Both the position numbers and the translations under genes were made by a program. 64,000 nucleotides of DNA from Candidatus Parvarchaeota archaeon. Its GTDB lineage: Archaea; Nanobdellota; Nanobdellia; WJKC01. The stretch spans positions 588,044 through 652,043 of the forward strand of contig JAUWZX010000001.1 in the NCBI GenBank assembly GCA_030615175.1. The letters run 5' to 3'. Within the stretch, counting starts at the first letter, position 1; each line of letters starts with the position of its first letter. Of this stretch, positions 17,479 through 27,376 are shown piece after piece. The notes under the pieces were generated by a model. It saw only the letters and a list, made by a program, of their open reading frames with translations. It was not told the origin of the DNA and searched no databases.

Positions 17479-18723
17479 TATTGGGTCCAGCTTCGCTGCC
17501 TTGCGGGCAGGGAGTAATCCTGAAATAACGCCGATTCCAACACTGAAGGATAATGCTAAAACAATTAATTCAGTTGTTATTGAAATTGCAATCTGTACGC
17601 CTGACGGCATATCAGTAATAACGCCAGCATTAATTACAAAGGCTAATCCATTTGCAATAAGCAGTCCTAAGCTAATGCCGACCAAGCCGCCAATCAAGCT
17701 CATAATACCTGCTTCAGTAATGAATAATAATAAAATGTCATTACTTTTAGCGCCAACAGCCTTCATAATGCCAATCTCGCGAGTGCGTTCATAAACACTA
17801 GTGAACATTGAGTTAGCAATGCCGACAGCACCGACTAATAAACTAATAGCGGCGATGCCAGCAAGGAAGGAAGTAAACAAGCCAGTGATTGATAGAACAG
17901 TTTCCATAATGCTTGCATAAGTAAAAACTTGGAAGTCATCCTCCTTCGTTTTATGAAGCCTTCTTAAAGTCTTAGTAATACTCTCCACTAATGCTGGCAC
18001 GTCATCAACAGTCTTAGCTTTTACTTCAATAACGTCAAATGTGTCATCAAACTCAGGAACAAACTTCTTTACAACATTAAGATTAATAAAAATGTAATTA
18101 TCAATAGTGACAAATCCGCCACCCTCCTCTTCTAAAATGCCAATAACCCGCACATTACTTCCTTCAATATTGAAAACATCACCAACATGAAGTTCATTAG
18201 TGAAGAATTCATGAGCCGCTTTGTAACCAAGCAGGGCAACGAACTGGTCTGACTTGGAGAGCAAGCGCCCGTCAATAACTTTAGGGTCTTCAAGAGCCTT
18301 GAAAGCGTCTGGATCTACAAAAGTTGTTGTGACTCCAGCAACCTCACCTCTATAAGTAATTTCAAACTCTTCCTGCACAGTGTAACCAACAGCCTCGACT
18401 TTAGGAAGTTTTGATATTGCTTGAACATCCTTTAATGTTAAAGTACTCTTACCAGCCGTCATTGTAAACTGCGCTTCACCAATCCCATGAGGGTCCATAC
18501 TCCTTCCTATAACCCTGCTTGAACCGCCAGGGGATATAATTATATTCTCAGAACCAAGAGCGCCTAATTGACTAAGAATTACTTCCTGAATCCCTCCGCC
18601 AAAAGAGATTAAACCAACCACTGAGGCAATGCCAATGACGATGCCGATAATTGTTAACCAACTCTTAAGCCTGCGGTAAGCTAAGTTCTTAAAAGTAATT
18701 GTTAAGACATCATCAAACTTCAT
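17458..18723 (-). CDS. ABC transporter permease, FtsX/MacB type
   Basis: N-terminal TM, large extracytoplasmic domain, three C-terminal TMs. Start moved to ATG at 18721-18723 (MKFDDVL..), 2 nt after the upstream stop. Confidence 0.8.
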   Translation of the reverse strand: MKFDDVLTITFKNLAYRRLKSWLTIIGIVIGIASVVGLISFGGGIQEVILSQLGALGSENIIISPGGSSRVIGRSMDPHGIGEAQFTMTAGKSTLTLKDVQAISKLPKVEAVGYTVQEEFEITYRGEVAGVTTTFVDPDAFKALEDPKVIDGRLLSKSDQFVALLGYKAAHEFFTNELHVGDVFNIEGSNVRVIGILEEEGGGFVTIDNYIFINLNVVKKFVPEFDDTFDVIEVKAKTVDDVPALVESITKTLRRLHKTKEDDFQVFTYASIMETVLSITGLFTSFLAGIAAISLLVGAVGIANSMFTSVYERTREIGIMKAVGAKSNDILLLFITEAGIMSLIGGLVGISLGLLIANGLAFVINAGVITDMPSGVQIAISITTELIVLALSFSVGIGVISGLLPARKAAKLDPIEAIWYE

Positions 18724-18725
18724 CT

Positions 18726-19982
18726 TCACTTCCTCTTCCTTTTTGACTTTAAGAAGAAGTAAAGAAGCATTACGATTACAGCGATTAATATTATTGCACC
18801 TGAATTCCCGAGTAACCATTCAGGCAGCCAGGCGAATCTGATTCCACTAGCATCCATTACCGGCGCGTAACCTAAGTAAATACTCTCAGTGAAATTATAA
18901 TTAATCCTCTCACCTAACTGGTTAGTGTAACTGAGTTCAAAGATTAATTCAATGCTTCCTTGCTTTTCAGGAATGAATGAGAAACTCGAGCTCGTGAAGT
19001 CACCAGAGTCTAAGTCACCAATGTAATCCTCACGAACATTCTTCAACGCAATATCTTGACTGGAGTGTAATTTAATACTAACTGAATCTGCATCCATGAT
19101 GCCTGTATTAGCAATGCTTAGTATAACTGCAGTGTCAGTGCCATTAACGATTAATTCAGGATCAATATCCTGAATAAAGACTTCAAAAGTTGAGTTGCCT
19201 CCAACAATGACTCCGAAATCACCAAGTAATGAGTAATGATTATCACTATCCTTATCATAAGTTAAGTTAATGGCTATTGCGTGAACGCCTGGCAGTAAGG
19301 ACTTGTCAGAAACAAGTTCGAAAAGGACTTCCTTCACTTCTGAAATGCTTAGGTTGCCAATGCTTGCAATGTTAGGTGCGCTGTAAGTACTGAATGAAGT
19401 GGAATTAATCCTCACTTTTGTATTGCTTGCATTAAAACTGCCTGAGTTCTCAATACTTAGTGTCGCGTTAAACTTCTGCCCTGGATTAATTACTTCAGGA
19501 TTAGTGACTGCCTTATTAATAATTAAGTCAGGCTTTATCTCATTATTCTCAATCCTTAGGATTTCATGCTTGTAAACGTACTTTGTCAGTTCAGTGCTAG
19601 AAGTACTATTATAAGAAATGTAACGTATTAGGAATTCAGCAAGGTAGTACCCGGTACTAATATTGACTGGGATGCTAATCTCGTAAGTTATGTCTTTAGC
19701 GTCGTTACCGTAGACGTCGCCCATTTGATAATAACATTCCTGCGCGTAATTAAGGCAGAACTTCCTTGTAGTACTGTATACCATACAATTAGTGCATACC
19801 CTGCTGGAGCTTAATGGCTCGTCAAGTCTTGTGAAACTTATTTCAGTGCTGTACGCTGGCTGGGCTCCGTCATTACTTAAACTAATGGTTATGTAGCCAG
19901 TTTCTCCTGGCTTCATATTAGTTGTTGATGAGTTAACTTGGATTACCGGGTATACGGGCGTTGCTGCAAGAGCGCAACTCAT
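18726..19982 (-). CDS. cell-surface protein with repeated beta-sandwich (COG1361/CARDB-like) domains and C-terminal TM anchor
   Basis: 418 aa, Ser/Thr/Asn-rich repeats, C-terminal hydrophobic helix plus KSKRKRK. The true N-terminus is uncertain (see finding at 19983..20027). Confidence 0.6.
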   Translation of the reverse strand: MSCALAATPVYPVIQVNSSTTNMKPGETGYITISLSNDGAQPAYSTEISFTRLDEPLSSSRVCTNCMVYSTTRKFCLNYAQECYYQMGDVYGNDAKDITYEISIPVNISTGYYLAEFLIRYISYNSTSSTELTKYVYKHEILRIENNEIKPDLIINKAVTNPEVINPGQKFNATLSIENSGSFNASNTKVRINSTSFSTYSAPNIASIGNLSISEVKEVLFELVSDKSLLPGVHAIAINLTYDKDSDNHYSLLGDFGVIVGGNSTFEVFIQDIDPELIVNGTDTAVILSIANTGIMDADSVSIKLHSSQDIALKNVREDYIGDLDSGDFTSSSFSFIPEKQGSIELIFELSYTNQLGERINYNFTESIYLGYAPVMDASGIRFAWLPEWLLGNSGAIILIAVIVMLLYFFLKSKRKRK

Positions 19983-20001
19983 TAATACCAGTCCAATAAT
20001 A

Positions 20002-20700
20002 CTAATTATGATTTTTCTTATCTGAAATCACCTTACCGTCAAGCATTCTAATGGTGCGCGGAGCTTCTTCCGCTATTATCGGGTCATGTGTTACAATGAT
20101 TAATGTATTCCCTTTATGCCATAATTCCTTAAATACTTTAACAATTCCTCTCCCTGTCTTTGAGTCAAGGTTGCCTGTCGGCTCGTCAGCAAGTATTATC
20201 TTTGGTTCATTAGCGAGTGCGCGTGCAATTGCTATCCTCTGCCTCTCACCGCCTGATAATTGGTAAGGCAGGTGGTGAATCCTTTTACTTAAGCCGACTA
20301 AGTCCAGCAACTTCTTTGCTGATTCATACCTGCTCTTCTCCTCCTTGTTTGCGAATATCATTGGTAATTCAATGTTTTCAACTGCTGTTAAGTTAGGCGT
20401 TAAGTAGAAGAATTGGAATATGAATCCAATATTTTCATTCCTCAGTCTTGTTCTTTCGTTATCATTTAATTCTGAATGGTTTAAGCCGTTAAGCATTACT
20501 TTGCCGTGAGTTGGCTTGTCCAGTAATCCAATTACGTGCATTAATGTGCTCTTGCCGCACCCTGAAGGGCCGAAGATTGTTACGAATTCTCCTTCATAAA
20601 TCTTTAAGTTAACGCCGTCAACTGCTTTAACAATATTATCCTCTCCTAAGGAGAAGTGCCTTTTCACATTCTTTAATTCAATTATTAGCTTTCCTTTCAT
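20002..20700 (-). CDS. ABC transporter ATP-binding protein (MacB/LolD-like)
   Basis: Walker A GPSGCGKST, signature LSGGERQR, Walker B ILADEPT. Confidence 0.9.
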   Translation of the reverse strand: MKGKLIIELKNVKRHFSLGEDNIVKAVDGVNLKIYEGEFVTIFGPSGCGKSTLMHVIGLLDKPTHGKVMLNGLNHSELNDNERTRLRNENIGFIFQFFYLTPNLTAVENIELPMIFANKEEKSRYESAKKLLDLVGLSKRIHHLPYQLSGGERQRIAIARALANEPKIILADEPTGNLDSKTGRGIVKVFKELWHKGNTLIIVTHDPIIAEEAPRTIRMLDGKVISDKKNHN

Positions 20701-21119
20701 AAATCAAGCACTACCTGCACAGTGAATCCTTGCTTTGTTTTCTTTATTTCCATGTCAAAGTAAGTTATTGCTTTAACACTGCTCCTGCGTTCATGAGCAT
20801 CCTTTACTCTCTCTCCTTTAACGATTGCCTTTAATGAATAATTTTTTTCATCTAATTCAACGCTGAACTTGCTTAGGAATACGTTTCTGGCTTCATGCAG
20901 GTATAATAATTCCTCCAGGAAGTCGTATAATAATGATTTCAAGTCTTCTGATTTCTTCTTAAAAGTGAATTTTAATTCAGGCTTCACTGCCTTAATATCA
21001 GTCATTATTTCAGACATTGCGTAGCCCGCGTTCTCAAATGCTTGTGCAATGGTTTTACCGTAAGCCCTGAACATCAGGTCCGCAGTTGCGAGTTCTGAAT
21101 CAATTTCAAATCGTTTCAT
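20697..21119 (-). CDS. archease
   Basis: About 140 aa from ATG 21117-21119 (MKRFEIDSELATADLMFRAYGKT..KAITYFDMEI..). Size and motifs fit archease, the RtcB cofactor. ATGA overlap with the ABC ATPase gene. Confidence 0.7.
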   Translation of the reverse strand: MKRFEIDSELATADLMFRAYGKTIAQAFENAGYAMSEIMTDIKAVKPELKFTFKKKSEDLKSLLYDFLEELLYLHEARNVFLSKFSVELDEKNYSLKAIVKGERVKDAHERRSSVKAITYFDMEIKKTKQGFTVQVVLDL

Positions 21120-21206
21120 AAAGAGTAACAAAGCAATTCCTGATTATTAAGTTTATACCATTGCTTAGCGAAAAGTATTAAAATCCATTATTTTAATTAT
21201 CATTAC

Positions 21207-21740
21207 ATGTCAATGTATAAGGTAAATCATAGAGATTTATTTTACAAAACACTGGAGAGATACTTAAAGCCAGTTATGAACTTAAAAGATTTGAATGCTC
21301 TTGATTTAGGATGCGAAACATGGTTCTATAAGGATTCATTATTTAATTTTTTAAATCAATTCAGATGCAATTACTTATTAGGAGTTGATTGTAATGAACG
21401 CTTAATAACTTCATCCTTGAAGTTAGTTCAGAAGCCATTAGAATTCAAGTTAACAAAAGTTGAAGATTTAGGAGAAGAATTTAATGAATCTTTTGATTTA
21501 ATAACGAATTTCAGGCCTTATTGTAAAAACCTTTCATTATTCATAAAAGAGCAGTATAAAAAATGTTATGAATTACTAAAAAAGGAAGGAGTATACTTCG
21601 GAACAACGTATGATGAAGAAGAAAAGAATGATTTGGTGCCTGTTATTAAAGATTCTGGTTTAAAAATTATTAGTGTTGACAAAAATGAATTAGACCCTAT
21701 GGAATTACAGCATGGGTGGGTAATAATTGCTAAAAAGTAA
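21207..21740 (+). CDS. hypothetical protein, possible SAM-dependent methyltransferase
   Basis: 177 aa. ALDLGCE resembles methyltransferase motif I. Weak call. Confidence 0.35.
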   Translation: MSMYKVNHRDLFYKTLERYLKPVMNLKDLNALDLGCETWFYKDSLFNFLNQFRCNYLLGVDCNERLITSSLKLVQKPLEFKLTKVEDLGEEFNESFDLITNFRPYCKNLSLFIKEQYKKCYELLKKEGVYFGTTYDEEEKNDLVPVIKDSGLKIISVDKNELDPMELQHGWVIIAKK

Positions 21741-21778
21741 ACGATAAATTTTTAAAAATAGAATCCACTAATTAATTA

Positions 21779-23209
21779 ATGAAAATCAGTAATATGAAAT
21801 CAACTTCCCTTAAGGAGTGGAGGCTGCTGCCTGGTTTAACAAGGGCTGGTAAGGAAATAATTCTGAAAACTAAGATTGCAAAAGGATTCAGCATTAATAT
21901 TCCATTTATTAGTTCAAGCATGCAGGCAGTCACTGGTTCTAGAATGGCAATAGCCCTGGCAAAGCAGGGAGGTATTGGAATAATATTTACAAGCCAGTCA
22001 ATAAAGGAAGAAGCGGAAATGGTAAGGAAAGTTAAGTCTTACAAGGCAGGATTCATTGAGAACCCGTTAACAGTGAAGCCTGAAACAAAGGTGAAGGAGT
22101 TAAAAAGGATTAATGAAGTGACTGGTTACAGCACTTTTCCAGTAACAATTAATGGCGATCCTAAAGGTGTGTATAAGGGTTTAATAACTGCAGAGGATTT
22201 CGTGCTTGAGGATGATGATAAGAAAGCAATTGAATTAATAATAAATAATAAGAAATTCATTGATAGGAATGTAACTTTTAATGAGGCAAGGAATCACTTA
22301 AAGGAGTTCAGGCAGAAATGCCTGCCAATAGTTATTAACGGCAAACTAAAATCCCTTGTATTCAGAAAGGATATTCTTGATGAGAAGAATTATCCGCTGC
22401 AATTAATTGATAAGCAGAAGCGTTTAATGGTTGGCGCAGCAGTTAACACTCATGATTATGAGAATAGAGTTAAGGCTTTGGTTGATGCGGGAGTTGACTT
22501 GTTGGTAATTGACTCGTCAGATGGTTTCTCAGAATACCAGAAGAGAACGATTAATTTCATTAAGAAGAATCATCCTGGAATCCCTTTGATTGGAGGGAAC
22601 GTTGTTTCATCAGAAGGTTTTAATTTCCTGGTTAACGCAGGTGTTGACGGCGTGAAGATTGGGATGGGTATAGGCTCCACGTGCATAACTCAGGAAGTTA
22701 AGGGGGTTGGCAGGGGTCAGGCAACTACTATAATGAGATGCAGGAAGGCGAGGGATGATTTATATGAGAAGACAGGTGATTATCATCCATTAATATCTGA
22801 CGGCGGAGTGAGTACTAGTAAGGATATTATTATTGCATTAGCGCTCGGCGCTGATGCTGTCATGATGGGCCGCTACTTCACTGGTTTTGATGAAAGCCCT
22901 ACAAGGATTATTGAAAGAGGAGGGAATAAGTACAAGCCTTTCTGGGGTGAGGGTTCTAATAAAGCGAAGAACTGGCAGAGGTATAATAAGAGTATTTCGC
23001 AGTTCATTGAGGAAGGAGTTGAGGGTTATGTGCCTTATGCTGGAAGGCTTGAGGATGGCGTGAAGAAGGCGTTATTAACTATTACTTCAGCAATGAATAA
23101 TGTAGGTTCATGTAATATTAAGGAACTGCATGAATTAGCTCATCTCGAGTACGTAACTGGCGGAGCGTTAAAAGAAGGAATGGCTCATGACTTGAAATTA
23201 GAATTATAG
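21779..23209 (+). CDS. guaB: IMP dehydrogenase
   Basis: 476 aa. NIPFISSSMQAVTGSRMAIALAKQGGIGII, an inserted CBS-like region, catalytic-loop GMGIGSTCITQEV, and GGVSTSKDIIIALALGADAVMMG. Confidence 0.8.
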   Translation: MKISNMKSTSLKEWRLLPGLTRAGKEIILKTKIAKGFSINIPFISSSMQAVTGSRMAIALAKQGGIGIIFTSQSIKEEAEMVRKVKSYKAGFIENPLTVKPETKVKELKRINEVTGYSTFPVTINGDPKGVYKGLITAEDFVLEDDDKKAIELIINNKKFIDRNVTFNEARNHLKEFRQKCLPIVINGKLKSLVFRKDILDEKNYPLQLIDKQKRLMVGAAVNTHDYENRVKALVDAGVDLLVIDSSDGFSEYQKRTINFIKKNHPGIPLIGGNVVSSEGFNFLVNAGVDGVKIGMGIGSTCITQEVKGVGRGQATTIMRCRKARDDLYEKTGDYHPLISDGGVSTSKDIIIALALGADAVMMGRYFTGFDESPTRIIERGGNKYKPFWGEGSNKAKNWQRYNKSISQFIEEGVEGYVPYAGRLEDGVKKALLTITSAMNNVGSCNIKELHELAHLEYVTGGALKEGMAHDLKLEL

Positions 23210-23257
23210 GAATCCAGAACCATATTATACGATAAATATAATAGCAAACCTTATAAA
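23209..23257 (+). repeat. 49-bp direct repeat, copy A (left island boundary)
   Basis: GGAATCCAGAACCATATTATACGATAAATATAATAGCAAACCTTATAAA. Starts on the last base of the guaB stop codon. 46/49 identical to 30781..30829. Confidence 0.85.
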
Positions 23258-23439
23258 ATTTCTTGCAATTAAATAGCGGAAAGGCTTGATTGTTCTACAG
23301 GATAGAGCTCTTTAAAGTTTTTCAATAAAAATTCCATACATCCTCAATTTTGAAGAATTAATTAACTTTACTATTTCAAGAGGTCTTTAATTAATATGTT
23401 TGGTCAGCATAGTCTTCCACTTCCATAAAATATCATAGA

Positions 23440-24258
23440 TTACGTTCCATTACTTTTTTTATTTTGTTTTTGATTTAATATAACTAAAACAATTGGTATT
23501 GCCGCTGGAATTATTATAACTAATCTTGATTCAATCGACATAGTAATTAAAAATGCATTTGGAATATTCCAAACAAAAAAAGCATAAATAATATAAACTA
23601 ATATAGCAAAAATTAATTTATTTTCATATAAATATGTTTTACAAAATTTCCTTAAACTAAATCTTAGTTTAGATATGTTAATATCAATTTTATTTAAATT
23701 TTCAATAAGATTAACATGTGTTTCGGAAAATTTATCCTTTTTATGAAATTCTTCATATAACAATTTATAATTTGTTTGTAAAGAAACCTTTTTATTTTTA
23801 TTTAATTCAAAATTCTTAAAGAAAGAATAAATTTTTTCATTTTGTTCTTTTAATTTATTTAAATTATAAATTATCCTTTCATAATCAAAATCCATTACAG
23901 TTTCTTTTCTTTTTCTTTTAATATAATCAATTATATCTGAATTAATTGCATTAATATAGCCAAAACATTCTTCTTGGAAGTGTTTATTTTTTCCATTATA
24001 TTTTTTTATATTTACATATATCTGATAAAGGTCATATGCTAAAATTTCTGAAAAAGACAGTTGAATTGACTTAGGAACTATAAGCAAGCTCATTAATAAG
24101 CATATAAATATCACTCCGCCCAAAATTATTTGTCCAAAAAACAAAGATACAATAAGAATAATCTCGCCTAGGATGAATAAGAAGACCTTAAGATCTCCTC
24201 TTTTATTATTTTTACCTATAATATTCTCTATATCTGTTATCCATTCTGGAACACTCAT
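23440..24258 (-). CDS. membrane protein (2+2 TM with central coiled region)
   Basis: 272 aa. Hydrophobic helices at both ends and a Lys/Asn-rich middle. No family recognised. Confidence 0.5.
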   Translation of the reverse strand: MSVPEWITDIENIIGKNNKRGDLKVFLFILGEIILIVSLFFGQIILGGVIFICLLMSLLIVPKSIQLSFSEILAYDLYQIYVNIKKYNGKNKHFQEECFGYINAINSDIIDYIKRKRKETVMDFDYERIIYNLNKLKEQNEKIYSFFKNFELNKNKKVSLQTNYKLLYEEFHKKDKFSETHVNLIENLNKIDINISKLRFSLRKFCKTYLYENKLIFAILVYIIYAFFVWNIPNAFLITMSIESRLVIIIPAAIPIVLVILNQKQNKKSNGT

Positions 24259-24835
24259 TATTTAAGATAATTTATTAACTTCTATTTAATGTTTGTGTTT
24301 CCTCTTTTAATTCAATGTCCGTTGTCTTTTCCATTTCCTCCTTTGATAAAGCTCTTTAGGAGTTAAATAATATACAAATGTTTGTCCATGGACGGGTACT
24401 GGTAATAAATGTGTCAGACCGCCAATCAAGGCTGGAACTGACACATAAACGCAGACTGTTAAAAATTGATGTGTCCGTTCGCCCCTTCATTTTTAGGCTT
24501 CTAATTCATGGATGGTGTCAATCTAAAGACTTTTTAACTTTTTCAATGAGTTAAAAATAAAGATTACTATTCATTAAGGATTTGTACATGAATTTTGAAC
24601 TTCTTCTATATGAGCATCATCAAAATCTTTAAGAGAAATTCTATTGTACAAATTTCCTGTAGCCCATCCTAACTTTTCTTTCCAAGGAGATTTTAATGTG
24701 ATAAATTCTTTTGTATGTATAAATTTTTCTATTTCAAAAACCCACCTAATTTTTAACCTTTTATTCAAATACTAAAGCAACAAAAAACAATCGTTCCAAA
24801 AGCAAGTGATTATGAAACAATAAAATTTAACAAAT

Positions 24836-25729
24836 TTAATTTAATAGATTAAAAATATCAATTATGGATTTGTTATCTTTGTTTAACAAGAGAATAATGA
24901 GGATTATAACACCAATAATTAATGCCTTATATTCAAAAACAATTTTAGTTATGAAAGGATGACTTCTTTTTAAAAATGGAGGATTATGTTTAACTACATC
25001 GTCTAAAGATATTTCAGAATCTTTTTCTGGTAAATTAAATATATCTTTTATAAAATCTTTCTTATCATCATTATTAATAAATATTTTAAATTGTTTCCTA
25101 ACGATTTTAGCAGTTTTATATATGTAGTCGTTACCAATGTAATCTTTTATTTTATTAATACTCGTTTTTAAATCCTGTTTAAACATTAAACTTTTTTCAA
25201 GGGCAAATTGCTTTAGGATTTTCATAAAATATTTAATAGCTTCAATTCTCTTCTTTGTTGTATTTGATTGATAAAATTTTTTATCTTCTAATTGTCTGTT
25301 TATAAGTTTAAATAGAAATTTTATGTCCTCTCTTTTAACTTTTTTTTCCGAAATTATTTTTAATAACTCTAAAAAACAGTCAGTTAGCCTTTTTTTATCC
25401 GTCAAAAGATATTGTAACAAAAAAAAGGGAAAAATGATTATTGAAAAAAATATCACTGAAAAAAAAGTTATGACGAAAGCGGTTGATTGTATATAGTTAG
25501 AATAATAACTTACCGAGGATAATATTACTACAAAAAAAGTAAACCAAATAAATCTATTTAGAACACTATTTATTTTTATTAAAAATATTAGGTCTGTCTT
25601 TTTGTAAAAAATGTAAAGAACAGAAAAAATTATTAAAGATGTATAAAATAAAATAAATCTCTTGAAAATGAAATTTATAATTAATATAAATCCTGTTAAT
25701 ATTATAAATTTGCCCTTTGTTAGTTTCAT
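24836..25729 (-). CDS. multi-pass membrane protein with C-terminal soluble region and terminal TM
   Basis: 297 aa. At least four N-terminal hydrophobic helices, a charged helical middle, and one C-terminal helix. Confidence 0.5.
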   Translation of the reverse strand: MKLTKGKFIILTGFILIINFIFKRFILFYTSLIIFSVLYIFYKKTDLIFLIKINSVLNRFIWFTFFVVILSSVSYYSNYIQSTAFVITFFSVIFFSIIIFPFFLLQYLLTDKKRLTDCFLELLKIISEKKVKREDIKFLFKLINRQLEDKKFYQSNTTKKRIEAIKYFMKILKQFALEKSLMFKQDLKTSINKIKDYIGNDYIYKTAKIVRKQFKIFINNDDKKDFIKDIFNLPEKDSEISLDDVVKHNPPFLKRSHPFITKIVFEYKALIIGVIILIILLLNKDNKSIIDIFNLLN

Positions 25730-25813
25730 TAGATTATTTTAGACTCTTCTTATTTAAAAATCATTATTTTACTATTTGGTAATCTTACTCAGTCTTCTTG
25801 TATCAAGTATGGT

Positions 25814-27298
25814 TTAAGTTAACTTATTTATCTCTTTAATATTTTTAATAATTACTCTTTTGTACTTTGGAATGGGATAAAAATCTCGAACAATAATTAA
25901 TCCTTTTACAATAGCTTTTTTTGGCAAACCGTAAGTATTCAGATTATCCTTTATGTACTGAACCTTTTCCACTAGACTAACAACTTCCTTAGGTTTTCTG
26001 TCAGTATATTTTTTACCGTCAACAATTCCTTTTAAATCCCTTTCTAAGTATTCATGAAATCTTTTGTGTTCCATTAAATGACGGATTCCCCAATGTTTAC
26101 ATTCTGTAACATAAATAGTTTTTCCTTTCCATGCGACAGCATCAATTTGTAAACTTCTGGTTTTAATCTCTTTAGCTTTAAACCCATTGCTTTTGAATTC
26201 ATCAATCATTTTTTCCCTTTCAAAGTTGTATGATACTTCATTCTTTTTCTTATCAAATAATTCTTTGTGCAAAAAAATGTGTAAGAAAAGATAGAATAAA
26301 AAACAAGTTCTTGGGAATATAATAACCATGTCTCCAAATTCTAAAAAGAAAGGAAATGAAGTTATATTATAATCTCCTACAACAAGCAAATTATACAATT
26401 CTTTATATTTTTTTGGAAACAAATTTGTAAGAACTCCAATAAATTCTTTAATATGAACTCCTATTGGATATGGTGGTTTATAAGGAATTTTTAATTTTGT
26501 TATTATTTGATTACATATTCTTGTTAAATCTGAAGGTTCTATTTTATTTTTAAGATAAAAAAAGTCTAATGTTTCAGCAAATAATAAATTTCTACCAAAT
26601 GCTATATCAAGTTGAATTAACAATCTAAAAAAATTATCATTTTCAAAAAACGACTTTGGTGTATAATGTATTTTTTTAATAGGTCTTTTTAGAATTTTCT
26701 CATACTCTGCCTTGTATTTAGCAATTACCTTTTCTGCTTCTTTTGAGTTATAAACCCCATAATCTCTATAATATTTAAAGATTTCTTTTAAGTCTACAGA
26801 AGTAATTAAATAAAAGTTACTTAATAGATCTTTTGCTTTTTTAAGATTGTACCTTCTTTTTTTGTATGCTAACAGACCAAAACCTTCATTTATTTTTAGT
26901 GTTTCTTCTTTAATTCTTAAAAATTCTGCGAACAGTTCTAAAATCCTTTTACTATCTACAGGGTTTAAGTCTTTACTTCCAAATCTAACTTTATCTCTTA
27001 TCTTTATTAAAAGATAATTTGTTGCCAAAAACTTATATGTTTCTAATAGAGGCACTTTTTCTAAAAAGGAATAAGCTAGTTCTTCTCTCCAATTAGCAAA
27101 ATGAACCAATAATGCGCCTTTTTTATGTTTAGAAAGGAATGACCAAAACATTTTTTCAAGATATTGTGCTCTTTTTTTTGATATATCTAAAGATTTTTCT
27201 TTACTTAATATATTTAATTTAGAACATTTAGGACAAACAGTCTTTGAATTAATAATAAATAATTTTCCATTACATTGTTTACAATAATATCTTTTCAT
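25814..27298 (-). CDS. zinc-ribbon protein with C-terminal PD-(D/E)xK nuclease-fold domain
   Basis: N-terminal CKQC..CPKC zinc ribbon. C-terminal ..LQIDAVAWKGKTIYVTECKHW.. gives the D..E-x-K pattern of restriction-endonuclease/Hjc-like folds. ATG 27296-27298 is preferred over the track's GTG. Confidence 0.55.
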   Translation of the reverse strand: MKRYYCKQCNGKLFIINSKTVCPKCSKLNILSKEKSLDISKKRAQYLEKMFWSFLSKHKKGALLVHFANWREELAYSFLEKVPLLETYKFLATNYLLIKIRDKVRFGSKDLNPVDSKRILELFAEFLRIKEETLKINEGFGLLAYKKRRYNLKKAKDLLSNFYLITSVDLKEIFKYYRDYGVYNSKEAEKVIAKYKAEYEKILKRPIKKIHYTPKSFFENDNFFRLLIQLDIAFGRNLLFAETLDFFYLKNKIEPSDLTRICNQIITKLKIPYKPPYPIGVHIKEFIGVLTNLFPKKYKELYNLLVVGDYNITSFPFFLEFGDMVIIFPRTCFLFYLFLHIFLHKELFDKKKNEVSYNFEREKMIDEFKSNGFKAKEIKTRSLQIDAVAWKGKTIYVTECKHWGIRHLMEHKRFHEYLERDLKGIVDGKKYTDRKPKEVVSLVEKVQYIKDNLNTYGLPKKAIVKGLIIVRDFYPIPKYKRVIIKNIKEINKLT

Positions 27299-27376
27299 TA
27301 ACACATATTAGTTTATTATTAATAATAATTGTTTTGATTAAGTTGATTTAAGGATTCTATATTTTTCAGGTATTTT

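Noticed and set aside
17501-17794. 97-aa plus-strand ORF
   Set aside because: Antisense shadow inside the ABC permease gene. The same reasoning applies to 20051..20266, 14454..14669, 16401..16607 and 17038..17295.
24574-24768. 64-aa minus-strand ORF with TTG start
   Set aside because: No motif, a non-ATG start and no promoter-like element. It could be real or a remnant. Not enough support to list as a feature.
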